A DNA stretch of 36,849 nucleotides from the IMG/VR virus record IMGVR_UViG_3300028912_000018. One strand, given 5' to 3'. The position numbers and the translations under genes are program-made. The notes below the pieces were generated by a model. The model was not told the origin of the DNA and did not search any database. It was given only the letters and a program-made list of their open reading frames with translations. Positions 19,024 to 27,900 of the stretch are shown here, one piece after another. The DNA is from a virus. Its lineage: Duplodnaviria > Heunggongvirae > Uroviricota > Caudoviricetes. The stretch's first letter is position 1; the number at the start of each line of letters is the position of its first letter.

Positions 19024-19362
19024 TTACACGCCCAGTTCTTTACGCTTATCTGCGATCTTCTCGCGGAGCGTTTCTGCTTTGGCGTTATGGTGTGGCTTCT
19101 CGTTAAAGAGCAATTCGTACTCTTCACGGAGCTTATCCAGTTCACCATCATCTGACACATCGTTGATGATTTTGGTGCTGGTTGCTGCCATTGACACCTT
19201 TCCTGCAACTTTTGCCTGTCTGGCTGCATCGTTAACAGGTTCCAGTGCGCTACCAGGCTCACCTTCGTATTCGATTTCTGCCCCCTCCGGCCACAGAGTG
19301 TTATGGATATGAGAGAGGCGCAGAACGCGGTATCTTGGTTTCTCACCTGACATCGATATCAC
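19024..19362 (-). CDS. hypothetical head protein
   Basis: 112 aa; directly downstream of coat/decoration genes. Confidence 0.45.
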   Translation of the reverse strand: MISMSGEKPRYRVLRLSHIHNTLWPEGAEIEYEGEPGSALEPVNDAARQAKVAGKVSMAATSTKIINDVSDDGELDKLREEYELLFNEKPHHNAKAETLREKIADKRKELGV

Positions 19363-19363
19363 C

Positions 19364-19801
19364 TTAACCAGTTACTTTTGAGCGGATCGGATACGGCGTA
19401 TTGGCATCAACATCAAGACTGATACCCGCAGTGAATTCGCCAGCCGTTAGTGGGCCAGTTGCGACGGAGTAGTTAACACGCAGATATCGCTGAACACCGG
19501 CAGGCACCTTTGCAGAAACAACTCGTTTACCTGCTGTCAGGGCGGTCTTTGCCAGTGCACCACTATCATAAATAGTGGTCCATGAGCTGTTATCCTCACT
19601 CGTCTGCAACTGGATGTTTACAGTTGCATCACCGCTTGCTGCGGCGGCTGTGTTAACCAGCGCCCAAAACTCAAGCGGGTAACCCACGCCGATATCACGA
19701 CGTTTTCCGTCAATTGGACCGAGATCGATTACGTCAGTAGAAGCCGCGGTATTCGTAACCGCCTGAGCTTCTGAGAACATCAACAGTTTGTCGGTGATCA
19801 T
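19364..19801 (-). CDS. hypothetical head protein (possible decoration protein)
   Basis: 145 aa; immediately after the coat gene. Confidence 0.45.
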   Translation of the reverse strand: MITDKLLMFSEAQAVTNTAASTDVIDLGPIDGKRRDIGVGYPLEFWALVNTAAAASGDATVNIQLQTSEDNSSWTTIYDSGALAKTALTAGKRVVSAKVPAGVQRYLRVNYSVATGPLTAGEFTAGISLDVDANTPYPIRSKVTG

Positions 19802-19852
19802 CTTCTTTCTCCATTAGTGGGTCTGTTACGACCCACAGGTTAATAACAGGCG

Positions 19853-20839
19853 TTAGACCACGCGGGCTTCTGTTTCCAGAAGCGCATCAGTTTCACGGAT
19901 TGGTACACCACGGAATGAAGTCCACCACTCGCCTTCTGTCTCTTTTACGCTGATAGCCAGAGATGTTTTCTCCAGAGACTGCAGATCAAGAGCCTGGCCT
20001 ACAGTGCGGTTCATGTAGAACACCGGGCGGCCCATGCCACGGTTTGGAATGCGATGCAGTGCTTTAACCATCAACTTCGCAATATTTGCGGCAGAGGAAG
20101 GTTCTGAAAGATTGCTGACATCGATGTTTGCAATGCGAACAACATAACGCCAGTCACGCAGAGCAAGTCCGTTATCCCATTTATAATGGGTGCGATAGCC
20201 TTCGTACTTGCCACCATTAGCATCTTCCAGTGTCACCTGGCCTTTATCTTCCATCTGGATGCCAGCCTTCTGCCCTTTCGGGAAGATGCCATGCACGGTG
20301 TTTTCGCCCCACACCACTAACCAGATTGAGGTGTTATCTGTACCCGTGCCACCAGCATCAATGATGTTCTGAGCATTACCCGCAGACAGGCTGGAATAGC
20401 GGGAGGACAGTCCCATAAACTGCTGAGGGTTAACGCTGGAATCACCATAAAACAGCGTCTGCGCCATCTGCTGATTCATCGCTTCAATAAATGCGCGGTC
20501 TTCAGACAGGCGGAATTCGGCGGTATTGCCGTTCAGATCAGCCAGTGACTTATCGACTTCCGCATAGGTTTCCAGCATGCCAACGGAATCGGTTACCTGC
20601 ACTGTGGTTGATTTGCTTGGCTGTACGCCATAGTTCAGCAAACGCCAGGTAGCTGAAGGTAAACCAGAACGAATGGTGGTTCGGTGTCCGGTAGGAAGGT
20701 TCCCTTCGACAAAAGGCATATCCTGAAGGATCGGGTTAGTTTGACCGAGAAGCTCGATAATCTTATCGACTTTCCCGTTTGGATCGACGCGCTTACCCCA
20801 GTCAGCCAGCGTCAGCGCAGTTAAGCCTTTAACAGCCAT
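19853..20839 (-). CDS. major capsid protein
   Basis: about 328 aa; follows scaffold gene; second ATG chosen (GAGG SD at correct spacing). Confidence 0.7.
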   Translation of the reverse strand: MAVKGLTALTLADWGKRVDPNGKVDKIIELLGQTNPILQDMPFVEGNLPTGHRTTIRSGLPSATWRLLNYGVQPSKSTTVQVTDSVGMLETYAEVDKSLADLNGNTAEFRLSEDRAFIEAMNQQMAQTLFYGDSSVNPQQFMGLSSRYSSLSAGNAQNIIDAGGTGTDNTSIWLVVWGENTVHGIFPKGQKAGIQMEDKGQVTLEDANGGKYEGYRTHYKWDNGLALRDWRYVVRIANIDVSNLSEPSSAANIAKLMVKALHRIPNRGMGRPVFYMNRTVGQALDLQSLEKTSLAISVKETEGEWWTSFRGVPIRETDALLETEARVV

Positions 20840-20853
20840 TGTCATTTCCTCTC

Positions 20854-21549
20854 TTATTTGCCATAGAGCACTTCGGCCGCACTACGCTGGCCTTCATTAC
20901 CACCGGTGACCATGCCATCTTCAGACATCGCCTTTCCGATTTTCACGAACGTTTTGACCAGATCAGGGTGATTACCCAGCCCGGTGGTGTTCAGATATTC
21001 TTTGAGTTCAGGTGTCCCGAACTGGTCAAGCGCACGCTGTGCGGCGCTAAGGTTAGAAATCAACTTGTCGCCACCGATTTCTTTGTCAGCTTTTACATCA
21101 GCAGCCCACTGCTCGGTTGTTTTCTGCCAGGCTTCTGCCTGGCGCTGCTGCACACCTGCCAGAATCTTCGGATAAGCATCAACCAGCTTTTGCGCTTGCT
21201 CGTTGGTCAGGTTTAGTTCTCGCGCCACCGGCTCGAATTCCTTCAACGCTTCTGTATCCAGCTCTACGCCTTCGGCAGCCTGAAACTCGTACTTCTCAGG
21301 CGCACCCTCTGGTTTATCGCCGCCCTTTTTTTCATCCTGCTTATCGTTTTCAGGCTTTTTGTCATCAGCAGGTTTATCGCCATCAGCAACAGGTTGTGGC
21401 TTATCACCTTCCTGTTGTGATGGATCACCAACTGGAGCAGGGTTATCACCTGCAGGCGCTGACGGTTCTGACGCAGCAGGAGCTGCTCCACCATCGACTG
21501 GTTGCTCATTGCAAAGACGGCGATACAGCAAACGCTCAAATAAATTCAT
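20854..21549 (-). CDS. scaffolding protein
   Basis: acidic, low-complexity, Lys/Asp/Glu-rich; between portal and coat; AGGAG SD. Confidence 0.6.
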   Translation of the reverse strand: MNLFERLLYRRLCNEQPVDGGAAPAASEPSAPAGDNPAPVGDPSQQEGDKPQPVADGDKPADDKKPENDKQDEKKGGDKPEGAPEKYEFQAAEGVELDTEALKEFEPVARELNLTNEQAQKLVDAYPKILAGVQQRQAEAWQKTTEQWAADVKADKEIGGDKLISNLSAAQRALDQFGTPELKEYLNTTGLGNHPDLVKTFVKIGKAMSEDGMVTGGNEGQRSAAEVLYGK

Positions 21550-21551
21550 GA

Positions 21552-21848
21552 TCACTCCTGTTCACTGGCCTCTTTGGCCATCTTCAAATACTGTTCAGGG
21601 CAATGCGCCATAACGCGCTGAAACAGTTCCAGCGCCAGATTGCGTTGCCCCTCATTAAATGCCATTGCCATAGCGTCCATCGGTGAGATAGCGGAAAACA
21701 CACGGCCTTTCTCCAGCACCGACCAGACAACGCGACGCCCCTGTTCACTGCTCATGACAAAGCGAATGTCATCAATTTCACGCTGTGCCATGTCACGTTG
21801 CTTACGGGCGCTTTCTTCTTTCAGTTGATCATCTTCGTAATCTGTCAT
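21552..21848 (-). CDS. hypothetical head-assembly protein
   Basis: 98 aa; ATGA overlaps on both sides. Confidence 0.5.
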   Translation of the reverse strand: MTDYEDDQLKEESARKQRDMAQREIDDIRFVMSSEQGRRVVWSVLEKGRVFSAISPMDAMAMAFNEGQRNLALELFQRVMAHCPEQYLKMAKEASEQE

Positions 21849-23524
21849 TGTGATTGCCCACCCTGACCACTAACTGCATTCGCCATAGCTGACAAAACAC
21901 TCGGATCCGAAGTTTTAGCTTCGCTTAGCGTCTTGGCACCCTGTGCCGCCGCCATCCCCATCGCCATCATTTGTTGCTGCTGTTGTTGCTGTGCCCGTTG
22001 CTGGCGAGCCTGCTCAACCTGTTCCTGCGGAACAATGACGGTTGGAGACACTCCGGACATATCAGCGAATGCATCGATCGCCTGATCAACGTTGAGTTTG
22101 TCGAGAGCTTCTGGTTTCGCTTGCGCAAGTTGACCAATGAAGTTAACCGTGGACGCCAGACTGGACAGGCCGATAGACTTCTGCGCCTGAGCCATGACGG
22201 AAATGTATTCGACCTTCAGGGGCATACCTTCCATCACGTCTGGCGGTGGCGGCAGCATGTTTTTACGCACCATCATCGAGAAAGAGCGGTCAATGAGAGG
22301 ATTAAGACATTCGTCGTTCAGACGCTCCAGAACCGGCCCCAACATCAGAAGTTTTTCTTCTTTCATTTCGATCACCGCTTCAACAGGCATCGAGCGGGTA
22401 TTGATGTTCTGCAACATCATGAACAGATCGACAAAGTAGGCGCTGTTAATGATTTGACGAGTGTCCTGAATGTCTGCCACCAAATCTGCTGTACTGGGGT
22501 TAACCAGATAAGCAGGCCTGAAACCATCCTGACCAGTAATCTGATCGATATACGTGATGTCGCCAGGAAGAAGGGAGGCACGCTGATTCTTGAGGGAAGT
22601 CGGAGCAACCATCGGCGGATTGGTGGCTTTATCAATCAACTGCGACTTGCGCTTCTGGAGAAGCTGCAATGCCTTAACAGGTCCAAGCGCCAGCATACCC
22701 GGGCATGATGATCCATAAACATCTTCGCCGTTAACTTCCCAGCGCGGAGCCATAATTGGAAACTCATCGAATCCGGACTCACGCAACAACTTGTCGTTAT
22801 CGCCACCAACCTCGTAATAAACCGATTTGAATGGCTTGTTCTTGCTATCCAGCTTCGATGTATCGCGGTCAATGTTCGGGTAAACCGAATGCATCACTTC
22901 AATCCACTTCTCGTAGGTGCCGCTTTCCCACATGCTTTTTACGGATTCGCTGACGTTATTTAGCCCGAACTCCTGAACAAGCTGACGAACAGTCATAGAG
23001 AACTTGCGAAAACAGGTGTCCACACTGCCACGAGGTGAGTTAGCCAGGTAGTAACTGCCTATCGGGAATGGCATTGTGCGAATGATGTCCTCGTCATCCT
23101 CCAGCACTGCCATTGCACCAGTGCTGTATGTGCCGAGGCTTCCGTATAACTGCGGCAGCGACTGATAGAGATTCGACTTATTGAACATATCGTTCATGCG
23201 GTTCTGCACCGCCTCAAGCCACAACTTAACAGGGCCATAATCCATCATTTCAGGATCTGGCGTAGCCAGGCGAAACCACGGACGCGCGGGGCTTGTGATG
23301 CCTGACATCATGCCGCTGGCGAGAGTGCGCGCCGCCATAGTCCCGGTCGAATCAATAATGCGTGTATTGCGTCGATCGTTACGGTTGACCTCAGAAGTCA
23401 GAAAGCGGGAACCACGCGGGTTGATGTAATCACTCAACTCGCGCCAGTGCGGCTCGAACGACTGACGCTCGCTTTCAAGTTGTGCGAACTGTTTGTTCAA
23501 TCGCTCTTTAGTTGTTTCCGCCAT
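21845..23524 (-). CDS. portal protein
   Basis: 559 aa; first large gene after terminase; Gln/Ala-rich C-terminal tail; GGAG SD. Confidence 0.75.
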   Translation of the reverse strand: MAETTKERLNKQFAQLESERQSFEPHWRELSDYINPRGSRFLTSEVNRNDRRNTRIIDSTGTMAARTLASGMMSGITSPARPWFRLATPDPEMMDYGPVKLWLEAVQNRMNDMFNKSNLYQSLPQLYGSLGTYSTGAMAVLEDDEDIIRTMPFPIGSYYLANSPRGSVDTCFRKFSMTVRQLVQEFGLNNVSESVKSMWESGTYEKWIEVMHSVYPNIDRDTSKLDSKNKPFKSVYYEVGGDNDKLLRESGFDEFPIMAPRWEVNGEDVYGSSCPGMLALGPVKALQLLQKRKSQLIDKATNPPMVAPTSLKNQRASLLPGDITYIDQITGQDGFRPAYLVNPSTADLVADIQDTRQIINSAYFVDLFMMLQNINTRSMPVEAVIEMKEEKLLMLGPVLERLNDECLNPLIDRSFSMMVRKNMLPPPPDVMEGMPLKVEYISVMAQAQKSIGLSSLASTVNFIGQLAQAKPEALDKLNVDQAIDAFADMSGVSPTVIVPQEQVEQARQQRAQQQQQQQMMAMGMAAAQGAKTLSEAKTSDPSVLSAMANAVSGQGGQSQ

Positions 23525-23538
23525 TTCAATGACTCCGG

Positions 23539-23745
23539 TTACTGACCAAGCAGCGTTTTACCGCTGGTATTAGCGGTTGATGTGTCGCCCTGAGAACCGG
23601 TAAGCAGCGTAGAACTACGACCAGCAGCAGCGCGACGGCGACGAGTTTCTTCGTCGCGGGCATCAACAACGGCGGCATCCTGCTCCTGTGGTGCTGCCTG
23701 AACTTCTGGTGTTGCAGGCACTGATGGTGAGCTACCCATGCACAT
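23539..23745 (-). CDS. small hydrophilic hypothetical protein (68 aa)
   Basis: GGAGTCATTGAT-ATG context nearly identical to the portal RBS. Confidence 0.4.
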   Translation of the reverse strand: MCMGSSPSVPATPEVQAAPQEQDAAVVDARDEETRRRRAAAGRSSTLLTGSQGDTSTANTSGKTLLGQ

Positions 23746-23813
23746 ATCAATGACTCCGTACGCAATTAAATTATTACCAATTTAACCACATATGATTTAT
23801 TTATCGTAGATAG

Positions 23814-23851
23814 TTGACATTTAACGCACAAATTATTACCTTTCAGGTAAC
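23814..23851 (+). promoter_or_regulatory. plus-strand promoter (-35 TTGACA) with operator ATTACC-TTTCA-GGTAAC
   Basis: perfect -35; weak -10 overlapping the operator 23835-23851. Confidence 0.4.
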
Positions 23852-24172
23852 CAAAGAATTCATTCCGGTTACTAACCTGACTGGCTTGTCGTTAAATTGA
23901 ACAGGTGGAGTGAGCTTTTATTTTGAGCAGTACGGCGTATGGCACATGCGCCGATAGCGGTCTGGATACGTTTAAGGGGCACCCTCCCTGGCTGTGGCAA
24001 ACGAACCAGGTAGCCGGAATGTGCAAGTCGAGCGGTTTTATTCCGCGCACGGGGATTCACCATCCCGGCGATTCGGTGTGACGCCTCGGAAGAGACGAGG
24101 GTACAACGATGAGAGCATTTATGGAGCCGCGACAAAGTGTGGCGCCTTAACAGGCTAAGTGCTCTCAGCGTT

Positions 24173-24249
24173 GTGGCATTAGCTCAGTCGGACAGAGCAA
24201 CCGCCTTCTAAGCGGTTGGTCGCAGGTTCGAATCCTGCATGCCACGCCA
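24173..24249 (+). tRNA. tRNA-Arg (anticodon UCU), with encoded CCA
   Basis: cloverleaf by hand: acceptor GTGGCAT/ATGCCAC, D GCTC/GAGC, anticodon stem ACCGC/GCGGT, loop CTTCTAA, T arm GCAGG-TTCGAAT-CCTGC. Confidence 0.85.
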
Positions 24250-24292
24250 GAATCACGCCTAAGGACCGTGATGCCAGAAGTTCCAGGGGCTT

Positions 24293-24335
24293 GGCGGTGA
24301 TGGTTTCCCTTGAAGGACTATCACCGCCCTTTTTA
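24293..24335 (+). terminator. hairpin plus T-run downstream of the tRNA
   Basis: GGCGGTGATGG...CTATCACCGCC then CTTTTTA. Confidence 0.45.
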
Positions 24336-24452
24336 CAGCATGACGCCATTGCGATGGCTTCATGCTGTAAACCAGTACAGCCACGGAAGGCATAACTCAT
24401 TGCTTCCAGTTCGCCCGATTCGCCGGGCATTTTTTTAAGGTGAGATTAGACT

Positions 24453-24824
24453 ATGAGTGAAAAAGACATTGAATCTGAAATTCAGGCTAAAGGTTTAGCC
24501 GCGCCGCGCGTTACGCCAGACCATATCGAGAGCATTATTGCTCAGGAGGCATATTTCACAGCAGAAGATGGTGCCTTTGGCGTAGCCATAAAAGCGAAAC
24601 ATACTGGCGGAGAGGTAAACTACCAGCCGCACGAATCACTTTCTCTGCTGACGTTCTGCGTCCTGGTGCTGCGCAACGGCTTCACCGTCACCGGAGAGAG
24701 CGCCTGTGCAAGCCCGGAAAACTTTGATGCGGAAATTGGTCGGAAGATTGCCCGGCAGAATGCTGTAAACAAAATCTGGATGCTTGAAGGTTACTTGCTG
24801 AAGCAGAAGTTAAGCGAGCAATAA
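24453..24824 (+). CDS. conserved phage protein of unknown function (Gp49-like?)
   Basis: 123 aa; AAGGTGAG SD; family assignment from memory only. Confidence 0.55.
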   Translation: MSEKDIESEIQAKGLAAPRVTPDHIESIIAQEAYFTAEDGAFGVAIKAKHTGGEVNYQPHESLSLLTFCVLVLRNGFTVTGESACASPENFDAEIGRKIARQNAVNKIWMLEGYLLKQKLSEQ

Positions 24825-24828
24825 CACC

Positions 24829-24840
24829 GTGACATGTCAC
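24829..24840. repeat. 12-bp palindrome GTGACATGTCAC (copy 2 of 3)
   Basis: exact; preceded by ATAACACC as at copy 3. Confidence 0.9.
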
Positions 24841-24844
24841 AAAC

Positions 24845-24871
24845 AGCCAGCCGATGAGCTGGCTTTGTTTT
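24845..24871 (+). terminator. intrinsic terminator
   Basis: AGCCAGC-CGATGA-GCTGGCT then TTGTTTT. Confidence 0.6.
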
Positions 24872-24914
24872 ATCCTCACCAGAGGATATCTCCGTCATTA
24901 TCCCCGCTAACGGA

Positions 24915-26390
24915 TTAAGCATAGGGATCATAATCTGTAATGGCCTTGCCTTGCTGGTTCTGCTGCCCGGGAATTCGCAGACGCTTAGACACAGGGAACG
25001 CAAACGTCAGCAGTAGCGCATCGCCTTTACCCGGCGAACGCCCAAGCCGCTCCTTGATATCTTCCTTCGGTTCGATAACGATTTTACCGTCCACTCGAAC
25101 TTTGTACTCTGCCGCCGACAGGTCGTCCGCTGTTTCCTGGTCATCCAGCATGCCGCCCAGCCTCAGCCATGTCTTGCATGAGTTGAACATCTCCCCACGC
25201 TTGTTGAGCATCTGCGGGTCAGTAGACGCGCCACCGAACGGAACAAGTTGCCATGTGCGCCCCCAACCGTCACCGATTGACTTCAGCCCGGTACCGTAAC
25301 CGAAGTCGATGAACACCGCGTCAGCCTGATACTGGTCTTCAAAGTCAGCGATACGCTTCGCCATAATCAGATCGTCGGTAGTCTTGTTGCCAGTCCACAG
25401 CACCTTACTGTGTAGCCCCTGCCGCAGGTATATCACCGCGTCATCAACGCCTGAATATGCCGGGTCAACACCGATTATCACCGGAGCATGTGCCACCTGC
25501 GCAGCGGTTACCACCCGTTTCATTGCCTCGTCAGTAAGACCGGTAGGGATAAACTGCAATTCAGATGCATCAGGGAATATGCCACGCACACGGATTTTAA
25601 CGAAGTCGCTATCTTCCCCGTAGTCATCAACCCATTTCTGCAACTGCTGTTTGTTGGTGCCTTCCACCGTCCTGCTGTCAATCTGCGCAGTTTTCCAGCG
25701 GTGTTTGTATTTGCGGAAACATTCACGGAAACGCCCGGTGTTACGTGTAGGGTTTCCGAAAGCCACCCAGATAATCTCAGTGTCTTCGTCCGTTAGCGCA
25801 CCCTCGGCAACTTCCCACACCAGATCCGCAATGTTCGACGCTTCATCAAATACCACGATGATGCGTTTACGCTCGTTGTGTAGTCCGGCGAATGCCTCAG
25901 TGTTGTGCTCAGACCAGGGGATTGCGTCAGCTCGCCACCGCTTGTCGTGCCCAGGATCATTGCTGTACATCGCAGTAGCGGTACAGGTAAACCAGTCTTT
26001 CGTGATAGCAAGGTTCGACCACTTGATAATTTCCGGCCAGGTCTTCGTTCGTAGCTGGTTGTCGGTGTTGGCGGTCACCACGACCTTACAATCCTCGCAA
26101 GTGGACATGCCCCAGTTGATCAGCATTGAGATGAATGCGGATTTACCAATACCGTGACCAGAAGCGCGTGCCAGCATAAGCGGCTGATAGCGCGTCTCTG
26201 GATTCTGCAGGTGATCACGTATCTCTCGGAACGCATCAGCCTGCCACTGACGTGGACCGGTGGCATGTGCCAGTTCAGTACCCTCTTCCCCCCACGGGAA
26301 CGCATAGAGGGCATAGCCAAGCGGATCGTGAGTGAACCCTGCAATATCCTCGATCAACTGCTCTTCAGGAGATAACGCTGTATCTGTCAC
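24915..26390 (-). CDS. terminase large subunit
   Basis: 491 aa; P-loop-like GHGIGKS; acidic motifs; GTGA overlap with terS stop. Confidence 0.8.
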   Translation of the reverse strand: MTDTALSPEEQLIEDIAGFTHDPLGYALYAFPWGEEGTELAHATGPRQWQADAFREIRDHLQNPETRYQPLMLARASGHGIGKSAFISMLINWGMSTCEDCKVVVTANTDNQLRTKTWPEIIKWSNLAITKDWFTCTATAMYSNDPGHDKRWRADAIPWSEHNTEAFAGLHNERKRIIVVFDEASNIADLVWEVAEGALTDEDTEIIWVAFGNPTRNTGRFRECFRKYKHRWKTAQIDSRTVEGTNKQQLQKWVDDYGEDSDFVKIRVRGIFPDASELQFIPTGLTDEAMKRVVTAAQVAHAPVIIGVDPAYSGVDDAVIYLRQGLHSKVLWTGNKTTDDLIMAKRIADFEDQYQADAVFIDFGYGTGLKSIGDGWGRTWQLVPFGGASTDPQMLNKRGEMFNSCKTWLRLGGMLDDQETADDLSAAEYKVRVDGKIVIEPKEDIKERLGRSPGKGDALLLTFAFPVSKRLRIPGQQNQQGKAITDYDPYA

Positions 26391-26983
26391 TGATTACCAT
26401 CCTGACGTTCTTTGAGTCGCTTCCTGGCTGCTGCTATGCGATCAGCAATTGTCACATTCACATTAACATCCAGACGTTCTTTGAACGCGTTGACATCAAC
26501 ATGCTTACCAATCAGCTCAAGGTTCTTCACCTTGTCAGGCCATTTAATTTTTTTGAGGATTGTCTCTATCGAATCCTCGTTCATGTTCATGATGGTCGAT
26601 GACAGATCAAAGCCACTAAGCGTAGTGCGCCAGATTTTCGGCCACTCGCGGATTGGCTTAAGGCTCCCATCGTCGTTGAGGATGTCGATCACGTCCATCT
26701 GGTCGATCTCCACCAGGCGCATGAGAACGTAATCAGCACTGACGCGCATTCGTTTGTTGCGCTCCTCCATCAACTCGGCAATCCGTTTCTGAATGCGTTC
26801 ATCGCGCATCATGACACTGGCTTTAACTGCCGCTGTATTTGGGGAGAATCCTGCATTAATCGCTGCCTGAGTCTGGTTTTCAGGCGTTTTGATGTATGAC
26901 TGGCAATAAGCCTCCTGCATTGCTGTTAGTGGCTTAAATTGCGTTGATTTGCGTTTATAGGTTTTAGGTTCAGCAGGCATCAT
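26387..26983 (-). CDS. terminase small subunit
   Basis: start placed at ATG-ATG 26983/26980; the 26-aa extension to TTG 27061 is translated operator sequence. Confidence 0.65.
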   Translation of the reverse strand: MMPAEPKTYKRKSTQFKPLTAMQEAYCQSYIKTPENQTQAAINAGFSPNTAAVKASVMMRDERIQKRIAELMEERNKRMRVSADYVLMRLVEIDQMDVIDILNDDGSLKPIREWPKIWRTTLSGFDLSSTIMNMNEDSIETILKKIKWPDKVKNLELIGKHVDVNAFKERLDVNVNVTIADRIAAARKRLKERQDGNQ

Positions 26984-27020
26984 AACCACCGTGGTAATAG
27001 TTACCGTTGTGGTAATAGTA
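26982..27020 (-). promoter_or_regulatory. tandem operator-like sites plus -10 TACTAT before terS
   Basis: GTTACC-GTTGT-GGTAAT (27000-27016) and ATAACC-ACCGT-GGTAAT (26982-26998); minus-strand TACTAT at 27015-27020. Confidence 0.4.
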
Positions 27021-27057
27021 CCATGCAAAATAAAGCCGCCATAGTTGGCGGCAGTAT

Positions 27058-27270
27058 TCAAAGTCCATCAAATTCATCGTAAAAACTCTCGTCAAGATAC
27101 CCTTCCCATTTACCGCGAATGAAAATTACATCCTCGCCGCAAGGGTGCTGACTGTCGATAACTATATCCCTCCTGACGCAACCATACTTATGCATGAGAA
27201 ATTTAACCTCTTTCGGAAAATTTGCTGAGTTATCTCTCATATCTTCAAGGTCGTAGCGTATTTTTGGCAT
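27058..27270 (-). CDS. hypothetical protein (70 aa)
   Basis: start at internal ATG with GAAGGTG SD. Confidence 0.4.
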   Translation of the reverse strand: MPKIRYDLEDMRDNSANFPKEVKFLMHKYGCVRRDIVIDSQHPCGEDVIFIRGKWEGYLDESFYDEFDGL

Positions 27271-27279
27271 AACACCTTC

Positions 27280-27291
27280 GTGACATGTCAC
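27280..27291. repeat. 12-bp palindrome GTGACATGTCAC (copy 3 of 3)
   Basis: exact; preceded by ATAACACC. Confidence 0.9.
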
Positions 27292-27629
27292 ACTATTAAT
27301 TTCGTTTCATGCCAGCCTTTGGTCACCCAGCATTGCGAGTCACCATTACACGGGCATGAATTAACTGGAACTCTCTCGCCGCACTTACCGCAACGTTTTC
27401 TGCTGATCGATTTTATACGCCCGCGCACGCGTGCATCATCCTGGCGGATCAGTAACGCTATATACTCACCAAATTCGTAAGGTGCACGCCCGGGGCGACG
27501 CGTGGCACAGTTACGCTCCAGCATTTCAATTTCCTGAGCATCAAGCACAATTTCCAGCTTACGCACACCAGATGCAGCTTGTCTGGCTCTCTGAGCGGCT
27601 TTGCGCTCTGCTGCTGATTTAGCCATCAA
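27288..27629 (-). CDS. hypothetical protein with C-terminal Cys-rich zinc-ribbon-like motif
   Basis: 113 aa; basic N-terminus; CGKCGERVPVNSCPCNGDSQC. Confidence 0.45.
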   Translation of the reverse strand: MMAKSAAERKAAQRARQAASGVRKLEIVLDAQEIEMLERNCATRRPGRAPYEFGEYIALLIRQDDARVRGRIKSISRKRCGKCGERVPVNSCPCNGDSQCWVTKGWHETKLIV

Positions 27630-27900
27630 TATTCACCTTTATCGCGAACACCTTTACCGGTTTATCTCCGAAGTGCGGATGTGTGATTGTCTTGATTTCA
27701 TACCCTTCATACGGGACGTCTATTCTGCGGCTGGAATCGTCACGCTTCGGATATCCCTTTGTGATAATCAGGCGGTCATACTCGCGGAACATAATTCGCT
27801 TATTCCAGTAGTCATTACACAGGCGATACTCTTCCGTTTTCTCCCCGCGAATCATGGCATCGAAGTATTCACCTTTAACGGCAAGTTGCAGGTTAGCCAC
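27619..27900 (-). CDS. ASCH/PUA-like (DUF3850-like) protein
   Basis: 93 aa; EYFDAMIRGEKTEEYR pattern; GTG start with AGGAGG SD. Confidence 0.5.
   Translation of the reverse strand: MANLQLAVKGEYFDAMIRGEKTEEYRLCNDYWNKRIMFREYDRLIITKGYPKRDDSSRRIDVPYEGYEIKTITHPHFGDKPVKVFAIKVNIDG

Noticed and set aside
7696-23524. P22-like identity of the structural module (expected from the neuO/CUS-3 parallel)
   Set aside because: Portal and coat sizes, T7 gp11/gp12-like tail tube genes and large core proteins do not fit P22-type gene sizes and order.
23872-24430. Minus-strand ORFs 23872-24135 and 24179-24430
   Set aside because: Arg-rich junk-like composition; the second lies antisense across the tRNA-Arg gene and its terminator hairpins.
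26984-27061. N-terminal 26-aa extension of the terminase small subunit from TTG 27061
   Set aside because: The extension (GFILHGTITTTVTITTVV) is the translation of the tandem ATTACC/GGTAAT operator repeats; ATG-ATG at 26983/26980 is the likelier start.
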